Program-made: the position numbers and the translations under genes
Notes under the pieces: model-generated
Database searches by the model: none
Told to the model about the DNA's origin: nothing
The model's input: only the letters and a program-made list of their open reading frames with translations
In this document: in pieces, positions 1-10,454 of the stretch
Position numbering within the stretch: position 1 is the stretch's first letter
How the letters are laid out: every line of letters begins with the position of its first letter
Assembly (NCBI RefSeq): GCF_000757865.1
Contig: NZ_CP007754.1
Span: 570,001-602,000 of the forward strand
Length of the DNA: 32,000 nt
Direction: 5' to 3'
Source of the DNA: Prochlorococcus sp. MIT 0801
Lineage (GTDB): Bacteria; Cyanobacteriota; Cyanobacteriia; PCC-6307; Cyanobiaceae

Positions 1-171
1 TTGGTTGTTCCCAATCGATAGCCAGTCTCCCTCCCACGTATAAAAACGTACTGCCATGTTGAAATTGTGGTCAGTAAATGACTTCTCTAATAGGAAGAGA
101 TCGATTGCCATTTGCTCTGGTCCACTTAATTCAAGAGGATTTAAATAAAGGACTTCTTCTAGATTATTCAT
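1..171 (-). CDS. biotin/lipoate A/B protein ligase family protein; only the N-terminal 57 codons are present (gene runs off the left edge)
   Basis: Hand translation of the minus strand from ATG 171-169 gives MNNLEEVLYLNPLELSGPEQMAIDLFLLEKSFTDHNFNMAVRFYTWEGDWLSIGNNQ, open to position 1. The QMAID...RFYTW...LSIG..Q pattern resembles LplA/BPL-family N-termini. It is absent from the ORF track because it is truncated. Confidence 0.5.
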   Translation of the reverse strand, partial: MNNLEEVLYLNPLELSGPEQMAIDLFLLEKSFTDHNFNMAVRFYTWEGDWLSIGNNQ

Positions 172-307
172 TTTATTTTTTAGTTATTCGTCATAAAAAC
201 GTTGGGTATTGATACCACCCATATTTATTTTCTTTTTTGAATTTATAAATGCATTGAAAGAAGTCAAATAATTGATTCCATTTTTAATTAAGTTACCATG
301 AAAAAAA

Positions 308-733
308 TTGGCAAATTTTAATTTAATTTTGGGACAACCTCAGCGAATTGAAGAGCCGTTCAGAAGGAAACGTTTAAAAAAAATTAATAAAAGCAATCCT
401 TCTGTAAATAAAAAAATAGATGCTTTCACTCAAGTTTCTGAATTTCAGAAAGAAGAAGTTAGGCGGGAGCTTTTATATAGCCATGTGGGATTAATTTTGA
501 AGCTTGGATTATTTATTGTATTTGCAACCAGCCTCGTGAACTTAGGACTTGCTTCTCATCAACGTGTGAATAGAAATCTAGAGTTGTCATATCTATTAGA
601 AAAAGAATCAAAAAAACTTCACAACTTAAGACTACGTTTTGATGAAATGTTTACTAATGGTGGAGAACAACGTTTCTTTAAAGAGCAAGATCAGTGGATT
701 ACTCCAAATAGTGTCAGAGTTATCTGGCGATGA
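308..733 (+). CDS. hypothetical small membrane protein: basic N-terminus, one predicted TM helix, then a coiled-coil-like tail
   Basis: 141-codon ORF with no in-frame ATG near its 5' end, so a TTG start at 308 is implied. Hydrophobic stretch VGLILKLGLFIVFATSLVNLGLA. The layout resembles FtsL/DivIC-type bitopic proteins, but I recognise no family. Confidence 0.45.
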   Translation: MANFNLILGQPQRIEEPFRRKRLKKINKSNPSVNKKIDAFTQVSEFQKEEVRRELLYSHVGLILKLGLFIVFATSLVNLGLASHQRVNRNLELSYLLEKESKKLHNLRLRFDEMFTNGGEQRFFKEQDQWITPNSVRVIWR

Positions 734-801
734 TTAACTTTGCTTCTCTGAGGTTTAGATTTGTGTTTGAAAATTGATTAAAATAGTTTTTATTAAGGAA
801 T

Positions 802-1815
802 ATGGCTCTAGTACAAGCGGCACCAGGAACTGTATTAATTACTGGAACAACATCAGGAGTTGGGTTGTATGCAACAAAGTCTTTGGTAGAGAGGGGTTGG
901 AGAGTTATTACCGCAAATAGATGTTCTGTGAGAGCTGAAGCTTCAGCATCCGCAGTTGGATTGCCTACCAATAGTCCAAGACAACTTAAACATATACAAA
1001 TTGATCTTGGCGACTTGGATAGCGTACGTAATGGGGCTAAAAGTCTTTTACAGGATTTGGAAAAGCCATTGGATGCTTTAGTTTGTAATGCTGCTGTATA
1101 TCTTCCGCGTTTAAAAAAGCCTTTGAGATCTCCACAGGGATATGAAATATCAATGGCAACAAATCATTTTGGGCATTTTTTATTAATTCAGATGCTATTG
1201 GAAAATCTTAGTAAGTCTTCAAGACCAGTCTGGAAGGGAAGATCTTGGGGGGTTGAATCATCGAGGGTGGTTATTTTAGGAACCGTAACAGCTAACAATA
1301 AAGAACTTGGAGGAAAAATACCAATACCTGCGCCTGCTGATCTAGGAAATTTATCTGGTTTTGAAGAAGGTTTTTGCGACCCCATATCAATGGCTAGTGG
1401 TAAACGTTTTAAACCAGGCAAAGCCTATAAAGATAGTAAGTTATGCAATATGATTACAACCCAAGAATTACATAGACGATTTAATTCTTCTCCAATTCTT
1501 TTTAGCTCTCTATATCCCGGATGTGTAGCTAATACAAGATTATTTAGAAACACTCCTAAACTGTTTCAGTGGTTGTTCCCATGGTTTCAGAAATTAATAA
1601 CAGGAGGTTTCGTAAGTGAAGCACTGGCTGGAGATAGAGTAGCCCAAGTCGTTTCAGACCCTCAATTTGCTATTTCTGGCGTTCATTGGAGTTGGGGTAA
1701 TAGACAACGCAAGGATAGACAACAATTTTCACAAGAATTGTCGGATCGAGTGACTGATCCAGTGACCTCTAGAAAAGTTTGGGAATTGTCTATGCGATTA
1801 GTTGGGCTGAAATGA
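802..1815 (+). CDS. por: light-dependent NADPH:protochlorophyllide oxidoreductase (LPOR)
   Basis: 337-aa SDR-family ORF with Rossmann motif [10 protein letters not shown], catalytic YKDSK and an LPOR-type insertion. Sits next to the DPOR genes. Confidence 0.93.
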   Translation: MALVQAAPGTVLITGTTSGVGLYATKSLVERGWRVITANRCSVRAEASASAVGLPTNSPRQLKHIQIDLGDLDSVRNGAKSLLQDLEKPLDALVCNAAVYLPRLKKPLRSPQGYEISMATNHFGHFLLIQMLLENLSKSSRPVWKGRSWGVESSRVVILGTVTANNKELGGKIPIPAPADLGNLSGFEEGFCDPISMASGKRFKPGKAYKDSKLCNMITTQELHRRFNSSPILFSSLYPGCVANTRLFRNTPKLFQWLFPWFQKLITGGFVSEALAGDRVAQVVSDPQFAISGVHWSWGNRQRKDRQQFSQELSDRVTDPVTSRKVWELSMRLVGLK

Positions 1816-1831
1816 TTCTTGAACTAGCTCT

Positions 1832-4336
<2,505 letters not shown>

Positions 4337-4340
4337 TCTC

Positions 4341-5918
4341 ATGGAATTAACTCTCTGGACATACGAAGGACCTCCTCATATCGGAGCGATGAGGATCGCT
4401 ACGTCTATGAAAAAATTACATTATGTTTTACATGCTCCTCAAGGGGATACTTACGCTGACCTTCTTTTCACGATGATTGAACGCCGCGGAAGTAGACCAC
4501 CTGTAACTTATACAACTTTTCAAGCTAGAGATTTAGGAGGTGATACAGCAGAACTTGTAAAAGGACATATAAAAGAAGCCGTAGACAGATTTAAGCCAGA
4601 GACTCTGTTGGTAGGAGAAAGTTGTACGGCTGAATTAATTCAAGATCAGCCCGGATCACTAGCAAAAGGTATGGGGTTTGATATCCCTATTGTCAGCCTC
4701 GAATTACCTGCCTATAGCAAAAAGGAAAACTGGGGTGGATCTGAGACCTTTTATCAAATCGTAAGAACTTTACTCAAAGACCACTCGAATGAATCCAAAC
4801 ATACGTGGCAGGAAGAAAAAAGAAGACCGAGAGTAAATCTACTTGGCCCAACTTTGCTTGGCTTTAGATGTAGGGATGATGTTTTGGAAATACAAAAACT
4901 CCTTGGTCAGTACGGGATTGATGTCAATGTTGTAGCCCCTTTAGGAGCATCACCCGCAGATATAATGCGAATACCTAATGCTGATGTGAATGTTTGCCTT
5001 TATCCAGAGATAGCCGAATCAACTTGTATTTGGCTAGAAAGAAATTTAAATATTCCTTTTACTACAACAGTTCCTCTAGGTGTCGGTGCTACTCAGGATT
5101 TTCTTAAAGAATTACACGAAGTTTTAGAGATGGAAATCCCGCAATCAGTAAACGAATCTAATAATTCGAAATTAACTTGGTATTCGAATTCAGTGGATTC
5201 GAATTACTTAACAGGAAAAAGAGTCTTTATTTTCGGGGACGGAACACACGCCCTCGCTGCAGCAAGAATTGCTAATGAGGAGCTTGGTTTTAAAGTTGTG
5301 GGCTTAGGAACTTATAGCCGTGAAATGGCTAGGAAAGTTCGTCCAGCCGCTAAGGCCCTTGGTTTGGAAGCATTGATAACTAATGACTACTTGGAAGTAG
5401 AAGATGCGATAAAAGAAACATCTCCAGAGCTAGTCCTTGGTACACAAATGGAGCGACATAGTGCAAAAAGGCTTGGTATCCCATGCGCTGTAATAAGTAC
5501 CCCAATGCATGTGCAGGATGTGCCTGCTCGGTATAGCCCTCAAATGGGTTGGGAGGGTGCAAATGTCATTTTTGATGACTGGGTCCATCCATTAATGATG
5601 GGACTTGAGGAACATTTAATTGGAATGTTCAAGCATGACTTTGAATTTGTTGACGGCCATCAAAGTCATTTAGGTCATTTAGGTGGAAAAGGAAATCAAA
5701 ATTCTAATACAGAAGTTAAAACAAAAATTTCAAGTGACTCAAAAACTTCAAATGCGGAACCCATATGGACACATGAAGGTGAAAGGGAACTTTCGAAAAT
5801 CCCATTTTTCGTTAGAGGTAAAGTAAGAAGAAATACAGAGAATTATGCACGCCAAGCCGGATGTAGGGAAATCAACGAAGAAACTCTTTATGACGCCAAG
5901 GCTCATTATAAAGCCTAA
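4341..5918 (+). CDS. chlB: light-independent protochlorophyllide reductase subunit B
   Basis: 525-aa ORF whose N-terminus ([20 protein letters not shown]...[18 protein letters not shown]) is characteristic of ChlB. Confidence 0.96.
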   Translation: MELTLWTYEGPPHIGAMRIATSMKKLHYVLHAPQGDTYADLLFTMIERRGSRPPVTYTTFQARDLGGDTAELVKGHIKEAVDRFKPETLLVGESCTAELIQDQPGSLAKGMGFDIPIVSLELPAYSKKENWGGSETFYQIVRTLLKDHSNESKHTWQEEKRRPRVNLLGPTLLGFRCRDDVLEIQKLLGQYGIDVNVVAPLGASPADIMRIPNADVNVCLYPEIAESTCIWLERNLNIPFTTTVPLGVGATQDFLKELHEVLEMEIPQSVNESNNSKLTWYSNSVDSNYLTGKRVFIFGDGTHALAAARIANEELGFKVVGLGTYSREMARKVRPAAKALGLEALITNDYLEVEDAIKETSPELVLGTQMERHSAKRLGIPCAVISTPMHVQDVPARYSPQMGWEGANVIFDDWVHPLMMGLEEHLIGMFKHDFEFVDGHQSHLGHLGGKGNQNSNTEVKTKISSDSKTSNAEPIWTHEGERELSKIPFFVRGKVRRNTENYARQAGCREINEETLYDAKAHYKA

Positions 5919-5929
5919 ATTTGGACCTT

Positions 5930-6295
5930 CTAATTACGCCAATGAGAACTTTCTTGGCTTGATTTGATTAATCTCCAAACATTTCTTGATACCTTCTTAG
6001 CAATGAGACCACCTCTCTCAACTTTTGAGGAGCCTGGCCTAACGCCCAAAAGTTTTGATACTTCTGTAGTACTTAATGGGGCTCCTGTTTCTATAGCTAG
6101 AGAAGTTAGTTCAAGTCTTTGACGCAGCTCATACGTATCACATTTTTCGTCTTCTTTTAACCAATTCAAGTCGGCAATTCCTTTGTCAGACAATTTCTGC
6201 ATAAGACTTAATGAGACTAAACCAAGCGCTTGCTCCGAATTGATTTCATCATTTGAGTCATTGTTTTTGGGATCCTTTGGCTGAGATAATGACAT
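5930..6295 (-). CDS. hypothetical protein: acidic N-terminal half, HTH-like C-terminal segment
   Basis: 121-codon ORF filling the gap between chlB and csoS1D. The segment LSTTEVSKLLGVRPGS looks like a helix-turn-helix. No family recognised. Confidence 0.5.
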   Translation of the reverse strand: MSLSQPKDPKNNDSNDEINSEQALGLVSLSLMQKLSDKGIADLNWLKEDEKCDTYELRQRLELTSLAIETGAPLSTTEVSKLLGVRPGSSKVERGGLIAKKVSRNVWRLIKSSQESSHWRN

Positions 6296-6396
6296 TCTTC
6301 AATCAGATCAATATGTATTGAATTTATCGGCTTAAATTCAGCATGCAAGTCTTAATTGCTAGCTAAAAAGACAATCTTTGAGGTAGTATCCCGCCC

Positions 6397-7173
6397 ATGA
6401 CAAGATTCGCCACATTTGAGAATAATGAAAGGCGAGTAAGTGCTAGCCAGAGAGTTACTGGTGCAGAAGTAAATGAATACATTACTGACGATCCAAAAAG
6501 AGTAATAACAACTGACTCGGAAAAATCATTAGTTGCTCGTCAAGCCAGTCATGTAAAGCAAATTGAATTAAGAACATATGTATTTCTAGATTCTTTGCAG
6601 CCTCAACTTGCGGCTTATATGGGAACTGCAAGTTCAGGATTTTTACCCATACCTGGTGATGCTTGTCTTTGGATGGAGGTCTCTCCTGGAATGGCTGTGC
6701 ACAGGGTTACAGATATTGCCCTAAAGGCCAGCAATGTTCGCTTAGGTCAAATGATCGTTGAAAGGGCATTTGGATCGCTTGCTCTTTATCACCGAGATCA
6801 AAGCACAGTTCTTCATTCGGGTGATGTCGTCTTAGATGCCATTGGAAGCACAATTGATAGGAGAACTAATCCTCAAGTTACTTGGACGGAAGTTATTCGA
6901 GCTATTACTCCAGATCATGCTGTTTTGATCAATCGCCAAAATAGACGTGGATCAATGATTCAATCTGGTATGAGTATGTTCATTCTTGAGACTGAACCTG
7001 CTGGATATGTTTTGATGGCTGCAAACGAGGCAGAAAAGTCATCAAACATCACAATTGTCGACGTAAAAGGAGTTGGTGCTTTTGGAAGATTAACTTTGGC
7101 TGGAAAAGAGGGTGATGTTGAGGAGGCTGCTGCGGCCGCGATGAGATCTATTGATCAAATAAATAGAAATTAA
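6397..7173 (+). CDS. csoS1D: carboxysome shell protein CsoS1D (tandem BMC-domain, BMC-T type)
   Basis: 258-aa ORF. The long stretch [21 protein letters not shown]...[41 protein letters not shown] matches my recollection of Prochlorococcus CsoS1D. It also holds the expected position one antisense gene upstream of the cso operon. Confidence 0.9.
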   Translation: MTRFATFENNERRVSASQRVTGAEVNEYITDDPKRVITTDSEKSLVARQASHVKQIELRTYVFLDSLQPQLAAYMGTASSGFLPIPGDACLWMEVSPGMAVHRVTDIALKASNVRLGQMIVERAFGSLALYHRDQSTVLHSGDVVLDAIGSTIDRRTNPQVTWTEVIRAITPDHAVLINRQNRRGSMIQSGMSMFILETEPAGYVLMAANEAEKSSNITIVDVKGVGAFGRLTLAGKEGDVEEAAAAAMRSIDQINRN

Positions 7174-7760
7174 TTATTTTTAATTCCAATAGCGTTCAAA
7201 AGGTAAGGAGCTAATTCTCTGGCTGCTTTGCCTCTGCTTCCATGCTTTGATAATTGTGCATTATTTAATTCTCCATAAGTGCAATTAGTTTCGCGAACCC
7301 AAAATAATGATTCAAATTCTCCATTTGGATAGGCAGGTTTTTTCAGAATTTCACCCCAGCAAATTCCTATTGCATTCTTAATTATTTCTCCACTGTTACT
7401 GCAGAGCACCATTACGCTACAGACTTTTGCACTTCTGTAAGGACTGTCTCCAAGAGCAGTTAGAATCTTCTCAATCTTTTTTTCATTTGTGTCTGCAAGA
7501 CGCGCAGAAAAAATACCGGGAGCATTACCGAGAGAATCAATTTCAAGTCCAGAATCATCTGCAATTGTCCAACTGTTAGTTAATTCTGCTGCTGCTTTCG
7601 CTTTCAATATTGCATTGTCCAAGTATGTGTTTCCTGTTTCTTCAACATCTAGAGAACTAGGTTGTTTTTTGACTTCAATTGGAAGCGGCCCAAGCATTGC
7701 CTCTATCTCAGCAACTTTCTTGGGATTACCACTAGCTATGGTTATTAGTGGCTTTTTCAA
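7170..7760 (-). CDS. rdgB: non-canonical purine NTP pyrophosphatase (RdgB/HAM1 family)
   Basis: 196-aa ORF whose N-terminus ([18 protein letters not shown]) and overall pattern are typical of the HAM1/RdgB family. Its stop overlaps the csoS1D stop (TTAA, 7170-7173). Confidence 0.88.
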   Translation of the reverse strand: MKKPLITIASGNPKKVAEIEAMLGPLPIEVKKQPSSLDVEETGNTYLDNAILKAKAAAELTNSWTIADDSGLEIDSLGNAPGIFSARLADTNEKKIEKILTALGDSPYRSAKVCSVMVLCSNSGEIIKNAIGICWGEILKKPAYPNGEFESLFWVRETNCTYGELNNAQLSKHGSRGKAARELAPYLLNAIGIKNN

Positions 7761-8116
7761 TTCGATTATTCTAAATGGTTTTATATAGTCTTACAGGAAG
7801 AAGTCAAAAAAAATAGTAGATGAATTTTTTAGATGATTTTGAGACAGTTTTGGGCGAACATTCCAACCCTGACATAGCCAGGTCCCTGTCTCGTGAGTAA
7901 AAATAACTACATGGACTTGTTTACGCAATGCAATATGAGTAAGTCCTAACGATTGATCGAACAGCGTTACTCAACTGTCGTAGCAAGGGTGATAAGCTCA
8001 GCTTATGAATTGGGCTAGAAACTGTAATCAGCGCTATTAGAAAATCCCCTTGACTAAGTGCTCTTTGGCAAGCCATTGTCCCTCCTGAACATTCCATCCC
8101 TTTACTGAAATAGGAC
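7761..8116 (+). promoter_or_regulatory. 356-nt region upstream of csoS1 (cso operon promoter and 5' UTR; transcription start not resolved)
   Basis: One of the two longest non-coding stretches in the window (the chlL/chlN spacer is 357 nt). Contains a perfect 7-1-7 palindrome ATAAGCTcAGCTTAT (7992-8006), an imperfect palindrome TAATCAGC/GCTATTA (8025-8039) and a -35-like TTGACT (8050-8055) that lacks a good -10 partner. Confidence 0.4.
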
Positions 8117-8428
8117 ATGGCTAGCGAAACAATGGGTATTGCTCTCGGCATGATCGAGACACGCGGATTAGTACCAGCTATTGAAGCTGCTGACGCAATG
8201 ACCAAGGCAGCAGAAGTGCGCTTGATTGGTCGTGAATTTGTTGGTGGTGGTTACGTAACAGTTTTAGTTCGCGGAGAAACTGGTGCTGTAAACGCAGCAG
8301 TTCGCGCAGGTGCAGACGCTTGCGAGCGTGTAGGTGACGGACTAGTTGCAGCTCACATCATTGCTCGTCCTCATCGTGAAGTTGAGCCAGCTTTGGGTAA
8401 CGGTAACTTCTTAGGTCAGAAGGACTGA
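8117..8428 (+). CDS. csoS1: major carboxysome shell protein CsoS1 (BMC-H)
   Basis: 103-aa ORF with the canonical BMC domain GIALGMIETRGLVPAIEAADAMTKAAEVRLIG...GDGLVAAHIIARPH. Confidence 0.97.
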   Translation: MASETMGIALGMIETRGLVPAIEAADAMTKAAEVRLIGREFVGGGYVTVLVRGETGAVNAAVRAGADACERVGDGLVAAHIIARPHREVEPALGNGNFLGQKD

Positions 8429-8437
8429 TTTTTGACT

Positions 8438-8459
8438 AAGTCCTACGAGGAGAGGACTT
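8438..8459 (+). other. intercistronic stem-loop between csoS1 and cbbL
   Basis: 7-bp perfect stem AAGTCCT/AGGACTT with an 8-nt loop, followed by TTCAGATTTTC. Could act as a partial terminator or an mRNA-stabilising/processing hairpin. Confidence 0.4.
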
Positions 8460-8501
8460 TTCAGATTTTCAACCTTCTAAACTAATTAACAGGAGCTATC
8501 A

Positions 8502-9914
8502 ATGGCTAAAAAGTATGATGCTGGAGTTAAGGAGTATAGAGATACTTACTTCACTCCTGATTACGTCCCCCTAGATACTGATCTACTTGCATGTTTTAAA
8601 TGCACAGGTCAGGAAGGTGTACCAAAGGAAGAGGTTGCAGCAGCTGTTGCCGCCGAATCATCTACAGGTACATGGTCAACAGTTTGGTCAGAATTACTTG
8701 TAGATCTTGAATTCTACAAAGGCCGCTGTTACCGCATTGAAGATGTCCCTGGAGACAAGGATGCCTTCTATGCATTTATTGCCTATCCATTAGATCTTTT
8801 TGAAGAGGGATCTATAACTAACGTTTTGACATCACTTGTCGGAAACGTCTTTGGTTTTAAAGCCTTGCGTCATCTTCGACTTGAAGATATTCGCTTCCCA
8901 ATGGCATTTATCAAGACTTGCGGCGGACCACCAAGTGGAATCGTAGTAGAACGTGATCGTCTTAATAAATACGGTCGTCCACTACTTGGTTGTACTATTA
9001 AGCCAAAGCTTGGTCTTTCAGGTAAAAACTACGGTCGTGTTGTTTACGAATGCCTTCGAGGCGGCCTTGACCTAACTAAAGATGATGAGAATATCAATTC
9101 TCAGCCATTCCAGCGTTGGAGAGAGCGTTTTGAATTTGTTGCTGAAGCTGTAAAGCTAGCTCAACAGGAAACTGGTGAAGTTAAAGGTCACTACCTGAAT
9201 TGCACAGCAACTACCCCTGAAGAGATGTATAAGCGTGCTGAGTTCGCTAAAGAACTTGACATGCCAATCATCATGCATGACTACATCACTGGTGGTTTTA
9301 CTGCTAATACAGGTCTTGCTAATTGGTGCCGTGAAAATGGCATGCTTCTTCATATTCACCGTGCTATGCATGCGGTTATTGACCGTCATCCTCAGCATGG
9401 TATTCACTTCAGAGTTCTTGCTAAGTGTTTGCGTCTATCCGGCGGAGATCAACTTCATACAGGAACAGTTGTTGGAAAATTAGAAGGAGACCGTCAAACA
9501 ACGCTAGGCTATATCGATAATCTTCGTGAATCCTTTGTCCCCGAAGACCGTACTCGCGGTAACTTCTTTGATCAAGATTGGGGTTCTATGCCTGGTGTAT
9601 TTGCTGTGGCATCTGGTGGTATTCATGTTTGGCATATGCCAGCATTGCTTGCAATCTTTGGAGATGATTCATGTCTCCAATTTGGAGGTGGTACTCATGG
9701 ACACCCTTGGGGATCAGCTGCTGGTGCAGCCGCTAACCGAGTAGCTCTAGAGGCATGTGTGAAAGCGCGTAATGCAGGTAGAGAAATCGAAAAAGAAAGT
9801 CGCGATATCCTTCTAGAAGCCGCAAAGCATAGCCCTGAGTTGGCAATTGCTCTTGAGACATGGAAGGAGATTAAGTTCGAATTCGATACAGTCGATAAAC
9901 TCGACGTTCAGTAG
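8502..9914 (+). CDS. cbbL: RuBisCO large subunit, form IA
   Basis: 470-aa ORF with hallmark motifs ([17 protein letters not shown] [15 protein letters not shown], active-site region [11 protein letters not shown]). AGGAG lies 8 nt upstream of the ATG. Confidence 0.99.
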   Translation: MAKKYDAGVKEYRDTYFTPDYVPLDTDLLACFKCTGQEGVPKEEVAAAVAAESSTGTWSTVWSELLVDLEFYKGRCYRIEDVPGDKDAFYAFIAYPLDLFEEGSITNVLTSLVGNVFGFKALRHLRLEDIRFPMAFIKTCGGPPSGIVVERDRLNKYGRPLLGCTIKPKLGLSGKNYGRVVYECLRGGLDLTKDDENINSQPFQRWRERFEFVAEAVKLAQQETGEVKGHYLNCTATTPEEMYKRAEFAKELDMPIIMHDYITGGFTANTGLANWCRENGMLLHIHRAMHAVIDRHPQHGIHFRVLAKCLRLSGGDQLHTGTVVGKLEGDRQTTLGYIDNLRESFVPEDRTRGNFFDQDWGSMPGVFAVASGGIHVWHMPALLAIFGDDSCLQFGGGTHGHPWGSAAGAAANRVALEACVKARNAGREIEKESRDILLEAAKHSPELAIALETWKEIKFEFDTVDKLDVQ

Positions 9915-9922
9915 AAAAGATA

Positions 9923-9949
9923 TAGAGGTGACATTATAAGTTGCCTCTA
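9923..9949 (+). other. intercistronic stem-loop between cbbL and cbbS
   Basis: 10-bp stem TAGAGGTGAC/GTTGCCTCTA (two G-U pairs) with a 7-nt loop ATTATAA, starting 9 nt after the cbbL stop. Confidence 0.4.
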
Positions 9950-10014
9950 ACTTTCTTAAATTCACTAGTCGATAACTAAATCGACTTTCACTCATTCACT
10001 AACTTAAGTTCACC

Positions 10015-10356
10015 ATGCCTTTCCAGAGCACAGTAGGTGACTATCAAACAGTCGCCACCCTGGAAACATTCGGCTTCTTACCGCCGATGACCCAGGACGA
10101 AATCTACGATCAAATCGCTTATATCATTGCTCAGGGTTGGAGCCCAGTTATTGAGCATGTTCAGCCAAGTGGCTCAATGCAGACTTATTGGTCTTATTGG
10201 AAGTTACCTTTCTTTGGCGAGAAAGATTTAAATTTGGTTGTTAGCGAGTTAGAAGCTTGCCATAGAGCATATCCTGACCATCACGTTCGTATCGTTGGAT
10301 ATGACGCGTATACACAAAGTCAAGGTACTTGCTTTGTAGTTTTCCAAGGCCGCTAA
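10015..10356 (+). CDS. cbbS: RuBisCO small subunit
   Basis: 113-aa ORF with typical small-subunit motifs (LPPMTQDEIYDQIAYIIAQGW, YWSYWKLPFFG). Confidence 0.98.
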   Translation: MPFQSTVGDYQTVATLETFGFLPPMTQDEIYDQIAYIIAQGWSPVIEHVQPSGSMQTYWSYWKLPFFGEKDLNLVVSELEACHRAYPDHHVRIVGYDAYTQSQGTCFVVFQGR

Positions 10357-10374
10357 ATTAGTAGTCTTTTATAA

Positions 10375-10412
10375 ATTAGCCCCGAAACATATTTGGGGCT
10401 AATAATTCTTTT
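10375..10412 (+). terminator. rho-independent-type terminator/attenuator between cbbS and csoS2
   Basis: 9-bp perfect stem ATTAGCCCC/GGGGCTAAT (10375-10383 / 10395-10403) with an 11-nt loop, followed by AATTCTTTT. A 9-T run lies further on at 10424-10432. Confidence 0.6.
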
Positions 10413-10454
10413 GAGAATTAAAATTTTTTTTTACGATCTCTCCATTGGGTTGAT

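Noticed and set aside
5682-5762. Low-complexity insertion [27 protein letters not shown] near the ChlB C-terminus.
   Set aside because: It lies in the linker before the conserved C-terminal helix region, which I recall being variable in length among ChlB/BchB proteins. It is most likely a neutral linker expansion.
7921-8205. 94-aa minus-strand ORF overlapping the csoS1 start. A similar 81-aa ORF (15224-15469) lies antisense to the csoS1E BMC domain.
   Set aside because: Both are mirror-image shadow ORFs of the Ala/Gly/Val-rich BMC domain, whose codons are GC-rich and leave few antisense stops. Both give low-complexity, Ala/Ser/Ile-rich products. The same artefact appearing on both paralogues argues against real genes.
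9156-9744. Three 72-83-aa ORFs inside cbbL, on both strands.
   Set aside because: They lie in alternative frames of a very strongly supported, highly conserved gene. Their products are Cys/Leu/Met-rich nonsense with no motifs.
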